Of a stretch of DNA of 64,000 bases, positions 50,471 through 62,144 are shown piece after piece (position 1 is the stretch's first letter; each line of letters begins with the position of its first letter). Source of the stretch: Dipteris shenzhenensis (lineage: Eukaryota); the NCBI GenBank assembly GCA_047967505.1, contig CM106538.1. One strand, 5' to 3'. The notes beneath the pieces are model-generated. The model was not told the origin of the DNA. It searched no databases and worked only from the letters and a program-made list of their open reading frames with translations. The position numbers and the translations under genes are program-made.

Positions 50471-53400
50471 CTTGGCGTGTCCATCTGATGAGTACTTGAT
50501 CAGATAACTTCTCCCACAAATAAATTAAGTACTAATTAAAAATTATAATAAATGAGTAGATTATTAAAAAGAGACTAATATTTATGTAATTGTTGCTACT
50601 ACAGCTTGCTTGTGAAGGACTCTCACAAAGGAGATGGCTATAGATTTTGGTCCAGGGATGGATGTGATTTTATGTAGCAAAAGAGAAGTAGTTGCATTTG
50701 CTACAATCCATGATAGTGATCCCGATTCAGTTTGCCACTCTCAAAGACTTGGTGCATTTAATAAGAAGAGAGTTTGAAATGACAGACCTCGGACTGATGC
50801 ATTTCTGTTTGGGGATTGAAGTTTGGCGAGAGCCGAAACAGATCTTCATTTCACAGCTGAAGTATGCTGGAGAGATACTGAAGGCATTTGGCATGGCTGA
50901 GTGCAACATAGTTGGTACCCCTATGGAGGTTGATGTGAAGCTCTCAAACCAGGATTCATCACCACTGGTGGACGAAGCGAAGTACAGAAGACTTGTGGGC
51001 AGCTTGATTTACTTGTGCAACACACGGCCGGACATTAGCTTTGCAATTGATGTACTAAGCAAGTTTTCCAATAAGCCCCGGGAGAACCATTGGACGGCAG
51101 GGATGCGGGTGCTGAAATACATCAAAGGCACATTTGATTATGGCATCACCTATACCAAGGGCAACATCTTGACCGGATTCTATGACTCAGATTGGGCAGG
51201 AGATGTGGACAGTAGGAGATCAATGACAGGTTATTGTTTCTCATGTGGATCTGGAGCTGTGTCATGGGTCAGCAAGAACCAACCCACAGTTGCTCTTTCT
51301 TCTACTGAGGCTGAGTACAAATCTGCACGCTTTGCTTCTTGTGAGGCAGTGTGGTTGAGGAGGATTTTAGGGGACATGGGTGCAGTGTAGAACAAGCCTA
51401 CGTAGTTATCATGTGACAATCAGAGCTGCATGGCGATTGCAAAGAACCCGATGTTCCACGCTCGCACAAAACACATTGAGATTCAATATCACTTTGTACG
51501 TGAGCTCATCATGGATGGAGAGGTCGACTTGGTGAACTGTCCGACTACAGAGAATGCTGCGGACATCTTCACGAAGGCTCTTGGAAGAGACTTGCTGGAG
51601 AGGCATCTTCATCGAGTTGGCATTGGATCGAAAAAGTAAGTTCACTTGCAGGTGGACATTGAGGGGGGGTGTTAGATATCAATGCTCCACTCTCATGTAA
51701 CTACGTGGGAACCAGCTAACTCTACTTGTAAGCCCCCCATATGAGGAGAAGGCATTTGAGTAGCTCGGTTATCCGGTAGGTCTTGGTTTGGACACCAGAT
51801 GGGGGCCATGTGTGGCCTGATGGCTGGATGGCTTCAGATAGAGTTAGCACACCGCCAACTAGGCTACATGCAAGTGCGGGAAGGCATCCGTTGACTAACC
51901 GCATTGAGGGTATATGGAGCATTTCCCGAGGCAGCCCACTCTCGGGTTGTGTTTGATTCTCTATATTATCTGGTTTTCTCTCTTGCGTACGAGATCCTAT
52001 TATCTGTTGAGCACAGACGTTGTATTATTTTCTTACATTTTATTTACAAGCCTATTTCTTTCTCAACCATAGCTTTAAAAGCTTTGAAATGCCCAAACAC
52101 TTCACTTTTCTTTATCACCCAAAATTTTCTATTATAGTCATCAATAAAAGTGACAAAATAATGACAGCCTCCAATAGATGCAACTTTAGTAGTCCACACA
52201 TTAGAGTGGAGTAATTCCAATGGCCTCTTACTCTCTTGAACATGTCTAGGAAATGGTTTCCTTGCCTGTTTTCGAAATTGACAGGCTTCACATACCTTAT
52301 GCATTTTTGCAACCTTGAACTTAGGAAATCCTACAACAATATTTTGGGCTTGCATTAATTTAAGTTGTACATTAACCCGACCAATGCGTTTATGCCAGAT
52401 ATCAATATCTGCAACTACACTGATCCCATGTGCAAACATTGCTGCACTCAATTCAGGCATGTCTGCATCCAACGTAAATGTCATGCCCTTCTTCTTCCCT
52501 TTTGCTATCAAGCGAGCTTTATTTTTCATCTCCTCAACAAAGCATCCATGAGGATTAAATCTGACCTGCAAGCCCTACTCAACCATTTGACCAACAGAAA
52601 CCAGGTTCTTGGTGATATTCGGGACATGAAATACATTAGACAGGTATTTCTTTTTCCCATCGTACATTGCATAGGTCTACCAGACTTAAGTATCCTGTGG
52701 ATAGGCTGAAATATAATGGATTTACAGCCATTCACTATGCCTATATGGTCAAAGTGATACATGAACCAGAACCCACTTCTTTTGAGCAAGCCATGGGAAA
52801 AGAAAAATGGGAGAAAGCCATGGATGAAGAAATGGATGCCTTGGAAGCAAATGCTACATGGGAATTGGTGCCTTTGCCTAAAGACAAGAATGCAATTGGC
52901 TGCAAGTGGATTTATAAGGTGAAGCACAATGTAGATGGTTCTGTGAGTAGATACAAGGCAAGATTAGTTGTCAAGGGGTGTGCACAAACATATGGCATTG
53001 TTTATGAAGAAACATTCAGTCCGGTTGCAAGGATGGCAATAGTAAGAGCAGTCATTGCTATGGCTGCATCAAAGGGATGGTCTTTACATCAGATGGATGT
53101 AAAGAATGCCTTCTTGCATGGTGATGTGCAAGAAGAGGTCTATATGGAGCAGCCACCAGGTTATGTTCATTTTGTTCATCCTGAGTTTGTTTGCAGTTGA
53201 AGAAAGCCTTGTATGGCTTAAAGCAAGCACCCAAAGCATGCTCTGACAAGATAGGACAGTGTCTTGTCACTATTGGCTTTTAGATTTCCAAGGCAGATTT
53301 CTCACTTTATGTGAGAAAAACAAAGAAAGGCATTATGCTGCTTATCATTTATGTTGATGATTTGATCATCGCAGGTGATAGTGATGAAGATATCATTCAT

Positions 53401-55398
53401 GTGAAAATGCTATTGAAGCAGAAGTTTGAGATGAAGGATTTGGGAGAGCTACATTATTTCTTGGGCATTGAGGTGATTAGATCCACAAGTGGGATATGGC
53501 TCTTGCAGAGGCAATATGGATTGGACATGCTGTCCAAATATGGGATGATAGGCCGTAAGCCTATTTCAGTTCCTTTGGAGCAAAATGTGAAGTTGAGCGT
53601 AGATGCAGGTGAGCTTCTAGAAGACCCTACTATGTATGCTAGAGAAGGAGTTTAGTAGAGGATGGAGTCACAATAGACTTCTCATGGAAATGAGAGAGCA
53701 AGAAATAGCCTACATTTGCTTTGTCGAGCATAGAGGCTGAATACAGGGGTGCAGCAATGGCTGCATGTGAGGCAGCTTGGTTGCATAAGCTACTTTATGA
53801 TATGCATCAGTCTATAGATGGGCCAGTTGTCATTTATTATGACAACATGAGTAGTATACACTTGGAAAATAACCCAGTCTATCATGCTAGAACAAAGCAC
53901 ATTGAGGTGCATTATCACTATGTGCAGGAGAAGGTTCTAGTAGGTCTTATTGATCTAGTTTATATATAAATGAATGAAAAAGAAGATTAGGGTGGTTCTG
54001 CACCCACCAAAACTTGTGTGGCTCTTTGTCTCTCTCTCTCGCTCTCTCTCCCTCTTTTGTTCTTGCTTCCGTTGAGAGCACTCTCATGCTTGGCATGTGG
54101 CCTCTCTTATATTTTTGGAACACATGGACATGAGCCCACCTCTTTATATGACTCACTCTTCCTATTTTCTAAAACCCCAATAATATCCCATACACAAATA
54201 ACTCTCACCCCATACCAAGGTATTTATAATTCATACTTATGGTATTTACAATGATCCATTCCACTCATCCTCTCAATCCCATACAATATCTTAGAAAATA
54301 GAAATAAATGAGAGCCACTAGGCTATCACTTGATACTCAAACTCTTATCAAACATTGAAGAAAACAATACCAATGCCAAATAAATAATATCAATTTTTGG
54401 CATCACAGTGGTTTGGGGGGGGGAAGGTCCCTTGGTCAATAGGTCCTAAATGGACTTAAAGTCTAACTGAGTGAGACTAATTGACCTAACTCAGTTGACC
54501 TAACTAGCAGGTATACTAACTGGCACTTACACTAACCTACGTACTAGTTAGTACAGCTAACCTAAACGTCACAACCAATCTAACCTAGACCTGATTAGTC
54601 TAACTGTTAGTTAATTTAACCAAAAGGTAGTTTTCCTACCTAATTGTAGTTAACTAACCTAACTAACCAAATGTTAAACTAACCTAGAGTAATACTAACC
54701 TAACCTAGGTTAGTGATTAGGTTAGTTTTAGGGTTAGGTCCTTTTTTTTCCTTCACACACATAGCCAAGATGTGCATTATAATAGCTATACATCTTTCTA
54801 ATGGGACATAATTTTCTTTGTAGGGTTTCTACTTGAAGTATGCATGGCATATTACACATAGATGTAACCTTATGTGGAATTCTTATAGAGAAAGTCTACT
54901 CCTTTCTCACTATCATGGTGGGAAGGTGGATGCCTTCTAGATGTGGTTGCACATCTTGGGAAAGTTTACAATTTCACATCCTTAACAAGTGAGGTTTTCA
55001 TGATGGCCTCTCCTTGGCACAAGTTTTTGACTAATAAGCCCAATTTATTGCATAGCCTTGCTACACACTAGGGCCAAGGCAAGGAAAACAAATAAGTTCT
55101 TCCAAGTTTCACATTCCCACACACCATTGCATCAACAATTTGGGGGTTTAAATAAACTAGTGTCACTTAAATTCAAGACCTACCTTTTGCTAGTATCCAT
55201 AGACCTTCACAATAGTACCTAACTTGAGCAAAAAAAAAACTTGTAACTATAAATTAGTCTTGTTGAGCAACCAATGTGTTATGCTATTACAAGGCCACAA
55301 ATATATGGCATCATCTTTTGGACGTTTCCAAAAGTCTAATCACAAAAAGGTCTCAGCTTTCCATGCAGTTTAGAAGATATAGGTTCAAACTTGAAGAG

Positions 55399-58300
55399 TG
55401 TTGAGATATCGAGCTCCACTCGTGATATGCCAGGGTGACTGTTGTAAATTTATGTCACCGACTTGTTAGCTGCAGATGCGGTTGGTACACCACCCACGAA
55501 TAATAGCTGGATGATAGCTATCCTTATCTACTCTAGTTCGTGGCTCAGTTAGTATGCCACCTTAGTTAGTTTAGTTTGGTTTGAGACCCACATATAGGGT
55601 TCTTCTATTTCTTTGTACTTGAGTTCTTTTGGCTTTCACAACTAAGAAGAGGAAAACTGTTTTTAGCCTCCACCTATGTGTGTATTCCCCCATTGTGTAT
55701 GTGAGAAAGCCACAAGTGAGACTCCTTCCCTCTCTCCCACTATCTTCACATGGTATCAGAGCCCTGTTCATGATAAGGAGCTCAAGAAAGCAAACCAAGT
55801 TCATGGTGTCCTGGTAAGAGGACTAGTGTTGCTTTCCTATTTCGAGTTTGGGAGCAAATCTTTGCAGGTAGCACAGCCAGAAGTGCAAGAGTGCACTGTC
55901 TCAGATTGAGATGCCCTTCGTGGTGTGGCAAGAGGGCAGTATCAATCGAGGCCATTTCGAGGCCCGTTTTGAAGGCGGAAGTTCTTCACAGGCACTCAGA
56001 AAACGGCACTGTTTTTGCTATGCGACCACTGCTCAGCTGGTCGGTGAAAAGTTGTCGCAGAAATCGCATCGTATGCCTGTGTACAGAGATATTGGAAGTT
56101 GCAGACTCATGCTTGTTGCCTGTTGATGCAAAATCGTCACTAGGAAGTGACTGTGTGGTCAAATACCACTTTCGTCAGTTTTGCAGATCTGCCCGTGTGA
56201 GGCAAAAGCTGTGTTTTTCACAGTGACAAAATATTTTGCAATGTTCTGTAATGGCGTCAGATTCTCTTTCACAGATTGTCACGGAAAAGCTTGACAAGAA
56301 CAACTTCTAGGCATGGAAGTTTAGAATGACGAATTTCCTTATGGGAAAAGGCTATTGGGAGTTCATTATAGGAAATGAAGAAGAACCAATTCTTCCTAAT
56401 GTTTCCAATCAACAAGAAATGCAGGCATTTAAAGGATGGCATGAGAGAGCCAGAAAAGTTATGTACTGGCTGTCTATCAGTATTTCAGATTCTATGATTG
56501 TGCATATTCAGGATGCAAGTACGCCAAAGGAGGCATGGGATACTTTGGCAAAAATGTACAACACAAATACGCAAGCCAGGAAAATGTAGCTCAAACAGGA
56601 GTTGCACAATGTGCAGAGAGAAAATTTGAGCATAAATGACTACCACATGAAGGTGAAGAAAATTGCAGATGCACTTGCTTCCATTGGGTCGCCAGTGGGA
56701 GATGATGATCTAGTTTCTGTGACCTTGAATGGTCTAGGAAAGGATTATGCACAGTTCTAGACATCCATTGCCATCCGTGAAAAATTTCTTGATTTTGAAG
56801 AGTTGTTTGCTCTTCTAATTTCTGAAGAGCAGAGAAATGGGGGTGCATCTTCTTCAAGAGGAACTCCAAAAGAAATTGTCTTCTACTCAAATGTTGGAAG
56901 AGGTAGAGGCAGAGGTAGAGGAGGCCGATCTGTAGGCCGTGGTAGAAATTAGAATATGCAGCAAACTCAAGAAAACCAGTCCTATGGAGGAGGACGTGGT
57001 AACTCTAGAGGCAGGGGGAGCCAAAGAGGCCGTGGTGGATGGCAGAGAGGCCAAAATGCAAACAACAATGTTGAATGCTACTACTATGGTAAAATGGGTC
57101 ATATGGCTAAGGATTGCTACAAAAAGCAGAATGACATTATGAATGGAAAATTGCAGCAAGGTATTTATGCATCTTCTAGTAGACAGGGTGATGACAGAAA
57201 TGAGCATCTATTTATCGTGCAGCACATGACCAATTCTGTGACAAGTGCAGAAGAACAAAATGATGTGTGGTATGTTGACTCAGGTGTGATGATACTGTAC
57301 ATCCTATTGTGCAGATTGGTAAAATTCCTTTGTCTATGCAGGATGGGAAAAAGAAATACCTGTCTGATGTATTTCATGTCCCGAACATCACCAAGAATCT
57401 GGTTTCTGTTGGTCAAATGGTTGAGCAGGGCTTGCAGGTCAGATTTAATCCTCATGGATGCTTTGTTGAGGATATGAAAAATAACGGTCGCTTGATAGCA
57501 AAAGGGAAGAAGAAGGACATGATGTTTACATTGGATGCAGACATGCTTGAATTGAGTGCAGCAATGTTTGCACATGGGACCGGTGTAGTTGCAGATATTG
57601 ATATCTCGCATAAATGCATTGGTCATGTTAATATACACCGACTTAAATCAATGCAAGCCCAAAATATTGTTGCAGGATTGCCTAAATTCAAGGTTGCAGA
57701 AATGCATAAGGTTTGTGAAGCCTGTCAATTTGGAAAACAGGCAAGGAAACCATTTCCTAGGTATGTTCAAGAGAGTAAAAAGCCATTGGAATTAATCCAC
57801 TCTGATGTGTGGACTACTAAAGCTGCATCTATTGGAGGCTGTCACTATTTTGTCACTTTTATTGATGACTTGAGTAGAAAAGTTTGGGTGTATTTTATGA
57901 AAAAGAGAAGTGAAGTGTTTGGGCACTTCAAAGCTTTTAAAGCTATGGTTGAAAAAGAAACAGGCCTGCAAATAAAATGCCTAAGGTCAGATGGAGGGGG
58001 AGAGTACCTCTCAAATGAGTTTGCAAGGTTCCTGCAGGAGCATGGCATAAAGCAGCAATATTCATGCAGTCATACCCCACAGCAAAATGGACTTGCAGAA
58101 AGGAAAAACAGGCATATTGGAGAGGTATCTCGGGCCATGCTAAATGAAAAAGATCTACCAGAGTATTATTGGGCTGAAGTAGTTGCTACAACAGTTTACA
58201 TAATGAACAGGACTCCCACTGCAGCAATACATGGCATGACGCCAGAGGAGATATATACTGGTAGGAAACCAGACATTTCTCATTTGAAAATTTTTGGTTG

Positions 58301-60858
58301 CATTGCCTATGTTCATGTGCCAAACGAGTTGAGGTCCAAGTTGGATCCAAAAGCTGAGAAGTGCATCTTTATTGGTTATTCTCTGCAGCAAAAAGGGTAT
58401 AGATGCTATAACCCTTCTTCTCGTAAGTTTACAGTGAGCAGAGATGTTGTTTTTCATGAGATGAGCAGCTGGTATAAACCAGTAAATGTGATGATTGATA
58501 TAGATGCACAAAATGGTAATGCTGCACAGAATTCATAGCAACAATCACAAAATATGAGTGGACCTACAGTGTCCTCTAGCAGTGGTTCACATATTTCGCC
58601 ATGGACAGGCAGATTGAGATCAGGAGAATCTCCTCAAAGCAATGCAGATAGTGGTATGCAGGTATCACGAAAAGGAAAAGAGAAGGTAGAGCAGCCCATG
58701 TTTGATGTGAATGCAGGTCACTCTTATGTGGATGGTGAATCCAATGGCTTAGAACAGAGCATTGATGATGAGTTGGGTATTCCTTTTGTTGTTACACCTG
58801 GAGTAAGGAAGACTAGGGATGTTTTGAGAGCACCTGGAAGTGAGTCTATTTTGCGCAGGTCTACCAGAGCTAGGTATCCTGTGGATAGGCTGAAATATGA
58901 TGGATTTACAGCCATTCACTATGCCTATATGGTTAAAGTGATACAGGAACCAGAACCCACTTCTTTTGAGCAAGCCATGGGAAATGAAAAATGGGAGAAA
59001 GCCATGGATGAAGAAATGGATGCCTTGGAAGCAAATGCTACATGGGAATTGGTGCCTTTGCCTAAAAACAAGAATGCAATTGGCTCTAAGTGGGTTTATA
59101 AGATCAAGCACAATGCAAATGGTTCTGTGAATAGATACAAGGCAAGATTAGTTATCAAGGGGTATGCACAGACATATGGCATTGATTATGAAGAAACATT
59201 CAGTCCGGTTGCAAGGATGGCAACTGTAAGAGCAGTCATTGCTATGGCTGCATCAAAGGGATGGTCTTTACATCAGATGGATGTAAAGAATGCCTTCTTG
59301 CATGGTGATTTGCAAGAAGAGGTCTTTATGGAGCAACCAGCAGGTTATGTTCATGCTATTCATCCTGAGTTTGTTTGCAGGTTGAAGAAAGCCTTGTATG
59401 GCTTGAAGCAAGCACCTAGAGCATGCTCTGACAAGATACGACAGTATCTTGTCACTATTGGCTTTTAGATTTCCAAGGCAGATTTCTCACTCTATATGAG
59501 AAAAACAGAGAAAGGGATTATGCTGCTTGTCATTTATGTTGATGATTTGATCATCATAGGTGATAGTGATGAAGATATCCTTCATGTGAAAATGCTATTG
59601 AAGCAGAAGTTTGAGATGAAGGATTTGGGAGAGCTGCGTTATTTCTTGGGCATTGAGGTGATTAGATCACCAAGTGGGATACAGCTCTTGCAGAGGCAGT
59701 ATGGATTGGACATGCTGTCCAAATATGTCCAAATATGGGATGACAGGTTGTAAGCCTATTTCAGTTCCTTTGGAGCAGAATGTGAAGTTGAGCATAGATG
59801 CAGGTGAGCTTCTGGAAGACCCTACTATGTACAGACGCATAGTAGGAAGTTTGATTTATATGACTATTACCAGGCCAGATTTAAGCTATGCTGTTGGATT
59901 GGTAAGTCAGTTTATGCAGGCTCCAAGGAAACCGCATTTGGATGCAGCTAGACGCATACTCAGGTATGTGAAGTCCACATTGCAGTATGGACTATTTTAT
60001 GAGGCTGGGGTTCAGATACAGTTGCATGGATACACTAATGCTGATTGGGCTGGTAGTACTTCTGATAGACGATCTACTAGTGGATATGTGTTCTCTTTTG
60101 GGAGTGTTGCAGTCACCTGGAGCAGCAAGAAATAGCCTATAGTTGCCTTGTCGAGCACAGAGGCTGAGTACAGGGGTGCAGCAATGGCTGCATGTGAGGT
60201 AGCTTGGTTGCATAAGCTACTTTATGATATGCATCAATCTACAGATGGGCCAGTTGTCATTTATTGTGACAACATGAGCAATATACACTTGGCAAATAAC
60301 CCAGTCTATCATGCTAGAGCAAAGCACATTGAGGTGCATTATCACTATGTGCGGGAGAAGGTTTTACTAGGTCTTATTGATCTAGTTTATGTCAGCACAG
60401 AAGATCAGGTAGCTGACATATTCACGAAGGCATTGGGCGCAGAGAAGTTGCGCAAGTTCAGAGACCTGCTTGGTGTGCAAGGATTGGGATTGAGCTCGAG
60501 GGGGAGTGTTGAGATATCGAGCTCCACTCATGATATGCCAGGGTGACTGCTGTGAATTTATGTCACCGACTTGTTAGGTGGAGATGCGGTTGGTACACTG
60601 CCCACGAATAATAGCTGGATGATAGCTATCCTTATCTACTCTAGTTCGTTGCTCAGTTAGTATGCCACCTTAGTTAGTTGAGTTTGGTTTGAGACCCACA
60701 TATAGGGTTCTTCTATTTCTTTGTACTTGAGTTCTTTTGGCTTTCACAACTAAGAAGAGGAAAACTATTTTCAGCCTTCACCTGTGTGTGTATTCCCCCA
60801 TTGTGTATGTGAGAAAGCCGCAAGTGAGACTCCTTCCCTCTCTCCCACTATCTTCACA
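55399..60858 (+). mobile_element. Full-length Ty1/Copia family A element. 352-bp LTRs at 55399-55750 and 60507-60858; PBS tRNA-iMet 55751-55762; PPT 60498-60506; TSD AAGAG
   Basis: TG...CA LTRs differing at about 14 positions by eye; tggtatcagagc; gagggggag; aagag at 55394-55398 and 60859-60863. Confidence 0.97.
56251..60546 (+). pseudogene. Family A gag-pol polyprotein, disrupted (gag, zinc knuckle, protease, GAG-pre-integrase, integrase, RT, RNase H)
   Basis: WYVDSG, CEACQFGKQ, LRSDGGGEY, PQQNGLAERKNR, SKLDPKAEKCIFIGY, QMDVKNAFLHG, YVDD, ADIFTKAL; several TAG stops, a protease deletion, and a 10-bp duplication near 59716. Confidence 0.95.
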
Positions 60859-61473
60859 AAGAGTTGGGAGTCATTGCCCTGAATGTGGACCCAATGGCCG
60901 AGTAATGGGCAGTAGAGTCACAATAGCAGAATCCCTATCAAGATACGATTGACATTATCTCTCTATATCCTTGTTCGCCAACACCACATCCAGAGCACCA
61001 TGATCCCCTCTGGCATCTCATCCTACAAAACCCATCAAAGGCCCCTAGACCTGTCATTGCTCCTCCACCTTTCCTACTTCATTTATCCCTCCAAAGTCAA
61101 TGAAAGGTCAATGACCAGCACCAAATTGATACAACACTTTTACTGAACCTAGTTGCACTAAAACAAATTTGTTTGGTTGTCTGTTTTTGTATAGTGCTAG
61201 TTTGAGCTATACTAGGAAGCTGGGGATTTTTTTTTTCCTTCTAATTAATTGTTCCACCTCCGGTCTAAGTCCAAGTAACCAAGAACAAGTAATATAGGTG
61301 CCACCTACTGATGGGCTAAGCAGCCTCTGACCCTGAGCAATGAGGAAAAGCCATTGAAGAACATGCCAAGGATCCAATCATCAACGGAAGTTTTGAGAAG
61401 CCCTTGAGTCATGTTCAAGAGCCATGGTTCCTAGAAACGAAAAATCTAGAGAGATTATTAGTAATACATAAAT

Positions 61474-61663
61474 AGGAAGCTTGAGTTAGAATGGGTTCTT
61501 TTGGTTTTCTAAGTCTGCTGACTCATGAGTAGTGTAGACCAAGTCTAGCCATGTTGCTCTTAGTGAGAGAAGGAAGCTTGAGTTATAATGGGTTCTTTTG
61601 GTTGTCTAAGTTTGACTCATGAGGAGTGTAGACCAGATCTAGCCATGTTGCTCTTAGTGAGAG
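61474..61663. repeat. Tandem duplication, ~97-bp period
   Basis: aggaagcttgagtta.aatgggttcttttggtt...tctagccatgttgctcttagtgagag starts at 61474 and at 61571. Confidence 0.9.
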
Positions 61664-62144
61664 TTGTGCCTCGTTCTTAGGTCATAGATTGCAAGACACC
61701 ACAATAGTTTCTTGCATGAGCACATTTGTAACAAGCCCAAGCCTCTTTATAATACAAGTATTGACTTTCATCTTGGCTCCACTATTTGGGTTATTGCAAT
61801 GATTGTATTCCATTGTGCACACTTTTCCACCCATCTCCATATGATTTCACCCATGCCTACTATCACGAAACCTGAACAAGAGGGCCTATCCTCGCTAGAC
61901 CACCTAGCCATGGATTCCTGAGTCACATGAACTTTCTTTTTTTTTCAGTTCCTTTTGGAATCCTCCCTCCTAGCCTAGTGCCTCCCACATGGTGTTCTCT
62001 TGAGTGCCATGTGTCCATTTTGACCTTAGAGTCTCTATGCCCATTTAGGCCTTACTTATGCACTCCATATTGATGCAAGCACTATCGAGCCCTCTAGTTT
62101 CCCACTTCACCGTAACCACACTAGACGATTCCACTAACGTAACA

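Larger units (their letters stand above)
37119..52037 (+). mobile_element. Second Copia family B insertion (B'). 5' LTR 37119-37842, PBS 37843-37854, internally deleted 3' LTR 51670-52037, TSD TTTTA
   Basis: tttta at 37114-37118 and 52038-52042; PBS tggtatcagagc; gag start 37913-38109; RT/RNase H 50764-51639; host integrase continues across the TSD. Confidence 0.9.
29858..53962 (+). mobile_element. Rearranged, LTR-less Copia family A copy (A'), host to nested insertions. Pieces: 29858-30005, 35548-36569, inverted 36570-37118 and 52043-52666, then 52667-53962
   Basis: Each piece is collinear with the intact element at 55399-60858 (leader, gag/zinc knuckle, protease WYVDSGAS, integrase on the - strand, RT YVDD, RNase H). 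Confidence 0.88.

Noticed and set aside
42420-50508. Possible CRISPR-like array or repeated small-peptide genes
   Set aside because: Whole monomers repeat with no unique spacers and no cas genes; the short ORFs are not conserved between units
56251-60546. TAG readthrough, recoding or U-to-C editing restoring the Copia ORFs
   Set aside because: Frameshifts and deletions are also present and many stops are copy-specific; methyl-C deamination is sufficient
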